This document shows, in pieces, positions 54,321 through 64,000 of a stretch of 64,000 bases of DNA (the stretch's first letter is position 1; each line of letters begins with the position of its first letter). Below the pieces are notes generated by a model. That model searched no databases. It had not been told where the DNA came from and was given only the letters and a program-made list of their open reading frames with translations. The DNA lies in NCBI GenBank assembly GCA_964016885.1, contig OZ024741.1, positions 106,764,001-106,828,000 of the forward strand, written 5' to 3'. Origin of the DNA: Eledone cirrhosa. Its lineage: Eukaryota. The position numbers were made by a program, and so were the translations under genes.

Positions 54321-54360
54321 CTATATATATAGGAACGAGTAGGACCCCGAAGGCTGAGCT

Positions 54361-54509
<149 letters not shown>

Positions 54510-54643
54510 TTCGTTTCTGAATTTGTTTAGCAAGATTCTTTATCTGAAATCGTGTGTTGAAACCGAAATTGTTATACTTTGAGAAACAAAATGGCGTAGG
54601 ACAGAACAAAGGAGAGGCACAAAAACAAAGAAAAGAATCCCCA

Positions 54644-54686
54644 GTCACTGAAGAGGTCACAGAGTGTGTGACGAAAGAACTATGAC
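54644..54686 (+). ncRNA. Minimal hammerhead in (TA)n-flanked element ~54505-54830
   Basis: gtca-CTGAAGA-ggtcaca-gagtg-tgtgac-GAAA-gaac-TA-tgac. The element's 3' end resembles 6990-7040. Confidence 0.7.
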
Positions 54687-54862
54687 AATATATAAACAAC
54701 TATCTGGTTGTGGAACCAACCAACCAACCAGAAATTTATAAATTTATAAATTTATTATAATAAATTGAAGTGAAAGCCTGGTGCGTGTGTTTCTTATTGG
54801 CAACATGACCCTCCCAAAGTATAACAATATATGTATATACATATATATATACACACACACAA

Positions 54863-54923
<61 letters not shown>

Positions 54924-54975
54924 TATATAAATATATATATATATACATATATGTGTATATATATATATATATACG

Positions 54976-55011
<36 letters not shown>

Positions 55012-55029
55012 TATATACGTATATATATG

Positions 55030-55126
<97 letters not shown>

Positions 55127-55200
55127 ATATATATATATATATATATATATCAATATATATAATATCGCAGCATCATCATCAGAATCATCGCCACCGTTGT

Positions 55201-55335
<135 letters not shown>

Positions 55336-55539
55336 CACCATCCTCACTGTTATTAGAATTGTGCAAAATGCCTTGTTGCAGCTCTTTACATTCTGCATTC
55401 AAGGTCAACTATCAATTTCAGGATCGATAAAATAAAGTACCAGTTATATACTAGGGAGGACGATATCATCATCTTTCGTCCTGCTCATAACTGAAGGCCT
55501 TGAGCTAATATTAGAAATATCGTTTATTGTCCTTGTTGG

Positions 55540-55710
55540 TAATACTGTTGTTGTTGTTACTGCTACTGCTGTTGTTGTAGTTGCTGTTGTTCTATTTGTT
55601 ATTGTCATTGTTGTTGCTGTTGTTGTTGTTAAAGCTATTGTTATTGTTGTTGTTACTGCTGTGCTAGCAGCAGTAGCAACAGCAGCAGTAGCAACTGCAG
55701 CAGTAGTAGT

Positions 55711-55742
<32 letters not shown>

Positions 55743-55756
55743 TGGTGGTGGTGGTG

Positions 55757-55805
<49 letters not shown>

Positions 55806-55811
55806 AATTGC

Positions 55812-55855
<44 letters not shown>

Positions 55856-55892
55856 TGGTGGTGGTAGTAGTAGTAGTAGTGGTGTGGTTGTT

Positions 55893-55930
<38 letters not shown>

Positions 55931-56040
55931 GGTGGTAGTAGTAGCAGTAGTAGTGGTAGTAGTAGTAGTAGTAGTAGTGGTAGTGGTAGTAGTGGTGGTA
56001 GTGGTAGTAGTAGCAGCAGTAGTAGTAGTAGTAATAGTAA

Positions 56041-56094
<54 letters not shown>

Positions 56095-56116
56095 CAGCAG
56101 CAGCAGCAGCAGTTGT

Positions 56117-56185
<69 letters not shown>

Positions 56186-56330
56186 AGTAGTAGTAGTAGT
56201 TTTTGTTGTTGCAGTTATTGCAGTTATTTTTGTTTATGTCTTTCTTGTTGCTGTTGTTATTGTTTTAGCTACTGCTGCTGTTGTTTTTGCTGCTGCCTCC
56301 ACTGTTGTTGTTGTTGTTGTCGTCGTTGTC
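55540..56330. repeat. Compound (GTT/GTA/GGT/TTA)n microsatellites (similar tracts at 44420-45090 and 57780-58285)
   Basis: Direct reading. Confidence 0.95.
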
Positions 56331-56599
56331 ATCCTTTCTTTCTCTGTTTCTGTTTGTCATTGTTTCTATCATATTATATCGTTTTAACGTTGTAGTGTAT
56401 TTAAATTTATCCAGGAATAAAATGTTTGACAGGAGGAAATTAACTGTATTGCGTTTCGCTGCAAGGTCATTGGGAACGGAATATGATAAGGCTGTTTATT
56501 CTTTGTGAATACGTGTAGAGGATATGTGTAAGTGGAGAACGAAGAGGAAGACTTTGATTGTTGACAAACAACAAACGACATTATCTTTGTTATTATTAC

Positions 56600-57170
56600 T
56601 AATCTAAGCTTGTCTGGTATAATCTTGTAGGGAGGAAGTAGGCAAGCAAAATTTACAAAACTGGCTAACAAGCACTGGACCCAAAGCCAACACGGAAAGA
56701 TTCTTAATTGCAGCAGAAACTACCAAAAAATACACAATGAAGTAGAACACAGCAAGTAACAGCAGACTATGTGATGGTAGGGAAGAAACAATTAACCACA
56801 TTATTTCTGGCTGCTCAGTCTTAGAAAAGAAAAAAGAAAAAGAAAAAGAAAAAGAAAAAGAAAAAGAAAAAGAAAAAGAAAAAGAAAAAGAAAAAGAAAA
56901 AGAAAAAGAAAAAGAAAAAGAAAAAGAAAAAGAAAAGAAAAATATATCCGCAGATGTTAGAGTTGGGATTTACTTACACTGGAAGTTATGCCATCATTAT
57001 GAAATACCAACAGAAAGAAAGGAGTACAAACATACACCAGAAAGGTGTCAGAGAATGGCAATGCAACCATATTCTGTAATATGCCAATACGCACAGCCAA
57101 AGACCACAAAGAAAAGAAAAGCCTTCTATTTGACGTATCAATCCTGACACTCGGCAATATATCCACCATG
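56600..57170 (+). mobile_element. Decayed R4/Dong-like LINE fragment interrupted by an (AAAAGA)n expansion (56824-56942)
   Basis: FLIAAE, RLCDGREETINHIISGCSVL, YLHWKLCHHY, MPIRT; homologous to the 63075 ORF. Confidence 0.7.
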
Positions 57171-57376
57171 GATACTCACAGGAAGATATCCAACCCTCCT
57201 TCTTTCCATCTATTTCGATTTGTCTGTGAGGTTACTTGCTAGTGCTAGATCCAAAGAAGTTTAGAAAATGGAAAATTGCTAATTAAGAAATATAGAAAAC
57301 AAAAGTAGATCCCTAATAAATAATCAAAATTACTGAAGCAATATACTTAGTCTTATAAACAATCGTAGACACATAG

Positions 57377-57424
<48 letters not shown>

Positions 57425-58481
57425 GAATCCCCCTCCCCCCACCCATACGCACACACCCACACGCACACGCACACACACACGCACACATACATACACGCAC
57501 ACACACACACGCACACACACACACACGCGCGCGCACACACACACGCTCACACACACACACACACAATCACACACAATCACACACGCACACACATACACGC
57601 ACACAAAGACATACAAAGACACAGATACACCCATACACGGGATGGTTCTCTGTATGTTTGCGAAAATATCAATTTCAGTTATTGAGTTCTCTCGCAGTGT
57701 ATGAAGGTAAACATTTGTGTCGTATCTGGACATTTCTGGAGAAGGGAGCACGACTTTCATTGCATTCACATCAACAGCATCAGCAGTAATAACAACAACA
57801 ACAACACCAGCAGCAGCAGTACCAAAATCAACGACAAATACAACAACAGCAGTAGTAACAACAACATTAACTACAACAACAACAACAACAATAACAGCAG
57901 CAGCAGCACTAACAACAACATTTACAACAAGAACAACAACTACAACAACAGCAGCAGCAGCAGCAGAGCAGCAGCAGAAGCAACTATAACAACAAAAGCA
58001 GCACAAAAAATGATAGTAGAAGCAACAACAACTGAAACAACAGCAAATTAATAACAGCAACAACAACAACAAAAACCACAACGGCAAGAACAAAAACAAC
58101 AGCAACAGCAACGACAACAACAACAACAACAACAACAAAACAGTAACAACAACAACAACAGCAACAACAACAACAACAGCAAGACCCACAACAACAACAA
58201 CAACAACAACACCAAGACCCACAACAACAACAACAACAACAACAACAACAGCAACAACAACAACAGCAACAACAATAATAACAACTCTTTATAGGAAGAA
58301 AAAACGACGGTTAACTCGACTGTACTACTTCCCTCTTTATTTCTCCTCCCACCCGTACTCAATTTTTCCTCTTTTCTCTCGTCTATCTCCCATTTTCTTT
58401 CTTTACTTTTACATAAACACACTTATACACACGCATATACGTGTGTGTATGTATGTATATATGTATGTATGTATGTATGTG

Positions 58482-58531
<50 letters not shown>

Positions 58532-58617
58532 TATATGTCTTACACATATAAACACATATACTCGTCTCTGTCTTTCTCTCTCTCTCGCTATATACATACA
58601 TATATGTGTATATATAT

Positions 58618-58696
<79 letters not shown>

Positions 58697-59759
58697 TACA
58701 TATATATTTATCTATCTGATAAACTCCGTAGCTCCTACACTCTCCCTCTCTCTCCATCGCTCTATCTTTCTCTATTTCTTGCTATCTATCTAATGTCTCT
58801 CTCTCTCTCTAACTGCCGTTCTCTCTCTCTAACTCTCTAACCCTAAATCTCTCTCAATCTCCCATATTTTATCTTTTTAGCTCTCTCTCCCCCCCCCCCT
58901 CTCTCTCTCTCTCTCTCATCTGTTTCTGTCTTATTTATTAACAGTGAAAAGGTGCATTTGATTGTAAAAGCGATAAGGATGAAAAAGTAGTAATAGTAGA
59001 AAAGAGAAGGGAGGAGGAGAAGGAGAAGGAGGAAGAGGAGGTAGAAGAGGAAGGATATCCAAGATGGCTCAGTAAAACATCAAAACGCAACAATTCAAAT
59101 TTATTCATTGCCTTGTACGGCTGAATGTGTTAGCATTGAACTGTGACAGAATTACCATCGACATACGTACAGCAGAACTAAAGTAAACCTATTACAAAAC
59201 GGTCCCAAACAACTTAGGAACCGAACGTAATTTGTTCTACCGTCCACCCCGAACACCACATCTCCCCTAAACATTTGCATCAACGCCACCACCCACTCGT
59301 TCCGAGCCAGTGTTACCAACCACTCACCACTCACCACTAACTAGTTATTGGTCTCTCTACATAAATACAACGTTACGTGTAAACTGCCGTCATCTCATTA
59401 GACTGTGCAATGTTGTGTCATGTTGCTTGTGTTGCCAGTAATGGCGATATTTCTACCGACACTAGCGAATTCACTGTGAAAATAACCGCTATCAAATGTA
59501 TATATACACACACATAAACAGAATTATTATTTTTTAAACTCGTTGGATTGGACGGTGGATTGGCAGTATCGGTAGAAGGTCGGACGCCATGCTTTGACGT
59601 ATAGAGTTACGGCCCTTGCCAGTCTGAGTTCAAATCCCTCCGAGGTTAACTTTGCCTTTGATCCTTACGCGGTCGATAAAATAAAGTACCAGTAATTGCT
59701 GGCCTTGTGCCAAAAGTAGAATCAATTATTTTTTAAACTCGTATACTATTGGTTGTGTA

Positions 59760-59812
<53 letters not shown>

Positions 59813-59817
<5 letters not shown>

Positions 59818-60003
59818 AGAAAAAAGAGAATCAGTGTTGCGACGATTGGAATTTATTGGACATATTACAATCGATTGTCCAATAAATTCCATTCGTCGCA
59901 ACACTGATTCTCTTTTTTTTGTGATATCATACTCTGCTCTATGAGAGCATCGAGTGCTCAAAAGGCCTACCGCAAACGGACGCTTTAAGCATCCAACACC
60001 AAT
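59813..60003. repeat. 110-bp palindrome plus tail between (TA)n tracts
   Basis: gagaatcagtgttgcgacga / tcgtcgcaacactgattctc. Confidence 0.75.
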
Positions 60004-60769
60004 TATATATATATAAATATATATATATATCTGTATATAATAGCTGCCTCTTCTTTACAGAAGACGGCCATCTCTTCAGCGAATTCTCTGCTGTTATGAA
60101 CCAACCCTAACTGCAGACTGATGGCCAGTTTAATGACTGAACAGACTTTGTTTAGGTCACCTTTTCTAGACACTTCCCATATGGTATAGATGAGCAGTGC
60201 ATCCACTCAAAATGGCTGCAGGAACGTTCAAGTCTCTGCCGAAGCATGTTCCTGTTTAAGTCAACAATTCAGCGATGTTAGGATAAGACTCGAGCTACCC
60301 ATGAGTAAATTTGTAACTAAGTGCTTCTACCAGTCAAGTCTGCACATGTTACCATTCCTCAACCGGTGTGGGACTCGTGAAGAAATATCTGCACATAAAG
60401 ATGGCAATGCTACGTGCTTGTGTTACACACATAGCACCCACTACATCCCCACAGCTATGTGTCCTCTGACAAACCAAGGCAAGATAACAAGACAGTTACG
60501 AGGCTCGCATGTGTTATTGTCATGGAGTTTAACCTCATCAGAGGGTGTAGCCGTTCTCACCACCTTTGCCCAAATGCTGGGTGAGGCTAGTTAACCCATA
60601 GTTGGGGTGGATGGACGTTGACTGGAGTACATCAGCCCTTTGAGAACTCTTAAATATATATATATACATATATATGTGTGAGTGTCCTTGTGTATTTGAT
60701 TATGCGTGTGTGTGTGTATATATATATATGTCAGGTCACCAGTTGGTGCTACTGGTAACATGTATCTCA

Positions 60770-61476
<707 letters not shown>

Positions 61477-61817
61477 GTTTGTGATTAAAAAATCCTGAAA
61501 TGTTATATTATAACTTATTTGTAACATGGTTACTGAGTTAGCTGTTACATGATCAGAGTTTAAAATACTCACAAAGCGACTTATGTATGTTATAATAAAT
61601 AACTTTCCCTTTCATCCTTACGATTTATTTATGGTATTTATTTATTTCTGGTATTTATTTTATCCGGTCGATAAAATAAATACCAGAAATGCAATGGAAT
61701 AATTGTTGGCTTTTTTCCAAATGTAGAAACAATTATAATAAATATATTGCATATGCTTCCATACATAATATATGAGTCCCGCTATGTTGGTGCTACTGGT
61801 AATCAATACCAGCCCGT

Positions 61818-61901
<84 letters not shown>

Positions 61902-62049
61902 TTAAACACAATCACTGGTATGCGAGTTTAGAAAATGATAATTAGATCTCTATATAAATGTATTACTACAGAAGATCTCTCATTCTAAATATAGTTAGAA
62001 CAACACCTAAAAGACAGCCAAAAAATTCTTCACCAGATTTCTTCACAGG

Positions 62050-62275
62050 TGACTTAGCCTTTATCCACTCACCAGTGCAGAATTGAATGGGACAAGTAAC
62101 GCATTGAGTTCTTGTTATGTGGCTTTACAAAAGAGACTATAATAGCACGGGCAAGAGAAATCTTGCAGTACAGAGACTCAAGAGTCCAGATGGTTGAGTC
62201 AGCTTGGAGAAAGGTGAGGGCAAGCAGGAAATCGAGACCAGTGAGATCAAACATTGCAGACTTGGCTAGACAGCC
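62050..62275 (+). mobile_element. Decayed R2-group (Hero-like) LINE fragment
   Basis: ARAREILQYRDS...VRASRKSR resembles the recalled Hero motif REVLQYRDS..VRTGRKW. Confidence 0.5.
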
Positions 62276-63002
62276 TCTGCACTTTCTCTCTCCCCCTCTC
62301 TCTCTCTCTTCATATATATATATGTGTGTGTGTCTGTGTGTGTGTGTATGTATGTATGTATATATAACAAATCAATAAAGCTAAACACATGCACGCACAC
62401 ACACACACACAGAATCTCTCACTAGTTCTCTCACTCATAGATACACACTCGGTACACTCTTTCTACACACACACACACACAATGTCTTCTTTCCATTGCT
62501 TGAAGCCCAGATGTGGCTGTGAAAGTTTGTTTGAAGCCAATGTTAGCCGGACGTCACAATATCTGTGGCTAACTATGATGAAGTGACTTTTAAAAGGGAG
62601 GCAACTGTACAAATTTCTCCCTTCAGTTTAGCTTATTTTGAACAGATTTACAGATGAGAAAAATATGGTACAAGAAAAAGAAAAAATAGCGTCGTTGTTG
62701 CCAGAATGCTGCGATTTTACAATCCCTTGTCTCAGTTTTTATCATCATCATAGTCATCTTCCTCTGTCTCTTCCTCAGCCCCCTGCCCCCTCCCCTCCTC
62801 CTCGTCGGCATCATCATCATTGTCCTTCTCCTCCTCTTCATCCTCCTCATCGCCGTCATCATCATCATCATCATCTTTCTTCTTCCCTTCTCCACTTCCT
62901 CTTCATCCTCCTCTTCCTCATCACCATTATTATTGTTGTTGTTGTTGTTGTTGTCGTTGTTATTATTGTTATTATTATTATTATTATTGTTATTGTTATT
63001 CC

Positions 63003-64000
63003 TTGAATCTCAGTCATTGATGTTGGTTAACTGGAAAGTCCGTTGGATTGAATATCAAGCCACTACCTGCAGCCTCAGATATTCAGGACGTATCGGAGGG
63101 TTCTTGCCGTTCCAAGCAAGCATGCCTTTTGAAGCGTTCCAAAAAGCGTGAAGGGGCCGATTTTCTTCAACCATCCCTGGAAACCTTTGGAGATAGTCCC
63201 CAGTGCGCCTATGACAATCGGGATCACTTTGACTTCATGGCAGTTCCAAATCCTTTTCACCTCCCACTTTAGGTCCTGGTATCGGTCAATTTTCTCCCTC
63301 TCCTTCTCTTGCACTCTCGTGTCGAACGGGCAGGCCACATCCACAATCAGGCACGATCTTTTTTCTTTGTCCACAACCACCAGGTCAGGTCTATTGTGTT
63401 CCAGTTTTTTGTCCGTCTGTATCCTAAAATCCCACAGCACCTTCACCTGATTGTTCTCCATCACCGCCTCTGGCCTATGCTCATACCATTTCTCAGAATG
63501 TGGTAGATTGTTTACTTTGCACAGGTGCCAGTGGATCACCCTGCCCATCACATCGTGTCTCCAGCCCTTATAGTGGGTCTGGGCTAGGTGTTTACACTCG
63601 GACACAATGTGAGCCACAGTCTCCTCTCTCTCTCCACAGATCCTGCACAGTGGGCTAGCCTCCTCCTTGTAGATATGGTGCTTCAACCACTTCGTTTTGA
63701 GGGCCTGCTCCTGCGCAGCCATTAGCATTCCTTCTGTAGCCTTTTTGAGGTCTCCTCTTCTCAACCAGTTCCATGTCTGTGGATCTCTAAATTCAGTTTT
63801 CTCAAAGAAGGTACTATGAAGGGATTTTCCCTTAAGGCTGCTCTTCCTCCTTGATGTTATTTCCTCCTTGGGTATCCCCTGACCTACTGTCCCCTCCTTC
63901 AGTACAGCTCTGAGCATTGGCTCCTTACTATAGGTCACGTATTTGTATAGGTTGTTTTTCTCCATCTGAACACAGTCCTCTATGCTGATAAGACCTCTTC
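63003..64000 (-). mobile_element. R4/Dong-clade non-LTR retrotransposon, 3' end
   Basis: Open ORF through the window edge, short 3' UTR, then a (TAA)-type repeat. Confidence 0.88.
63075..64000 (-). CDS. C-terminal CCHC finger and restriction-like (PD..D) endonuclease of the R4/Dong ORF (partial)
   Basis: AAQEQAL, CRICGEREETVAHIVSEC, RHD, WDFRIQTD, NRPDLVVVD, IVDVACPFD, EKIDRY, IVIGALG. Confidence 0.9.
   Translation of the reverse strand, partial: RGLISIEDCVQMEKNNLYKYVTYSKEPMLRAVLKEGTVGQGIPKEEITSRRKSSLKGKSLHSTFFEKTEFRDPQTWNWLRRGDLKKATEGMLMAAQEQALKTKWLKHHIYKEEASPLCRICGEREETVAHIVSECKHLAQTHYKGWRHDVMGRVIHWHLCKVNNLPHSEKWYEHRPEAVMENNQVKVLWDFRIQTDKKLEHNRPDLVVVDKEKRSCLIVDVACPFDTRVQEKEREKIDRYQDLKWEVKRIWNCHEVKVIPIVIGALGTISKGFQGWLKKIGPFTLFGTLQKACLLGTARTLRYVLNI

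Larger units (their letters stand above)
52858..54321 (-). mobile_element. 5'-truncated Penelope-like retroelement (family B)
   Basis: GIY-YIG C-terminus, ~1-kb 3' UTR, hammerhead 52953-53046, (TA)n on both flanks. Confidence 0.85.

Overview
Eukaryotic, repeat-saturated, AT-rich genomic window. The SINE families and microsatellite load suggest a cephalopod (octopus-like) genome; this is inference. No intact host gene is evident, only one candidate 58-bp exon and one candidate promoter. Main contents: (1) a frameshifted L1/Tx1-clade LINE (1-4548, minus); (2) an ~18.9-kb purine-rich minisatellite of 11/12-bp units with nested higher-order repeats up to 7131 bp (19290-38220); (3) fragments of R4/Dong, Hero, RTE and CR1 LINEs, tRNA-SINEs and a hAT end; and (4) the most notable signal, a dense population of Penelope-like-element (PLE) derivatives, most bounded by (TA)n tracts. 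The PLE set has two 5'-truncated GIY-YIG remnants, about a dozen fold-back (inverted) insertions, and roughly 20 intact or degenerate type I hammerhead ribozyme motifs read by eye. These include C3-G8 to U3-A8 covariants and a 320-bp tandem retrozyme-like unit present as two dimers. Almost all long ORFs in the supplied track are simple-repeat artefacts. Ribozyme folds were assigned manually and activity is untested.
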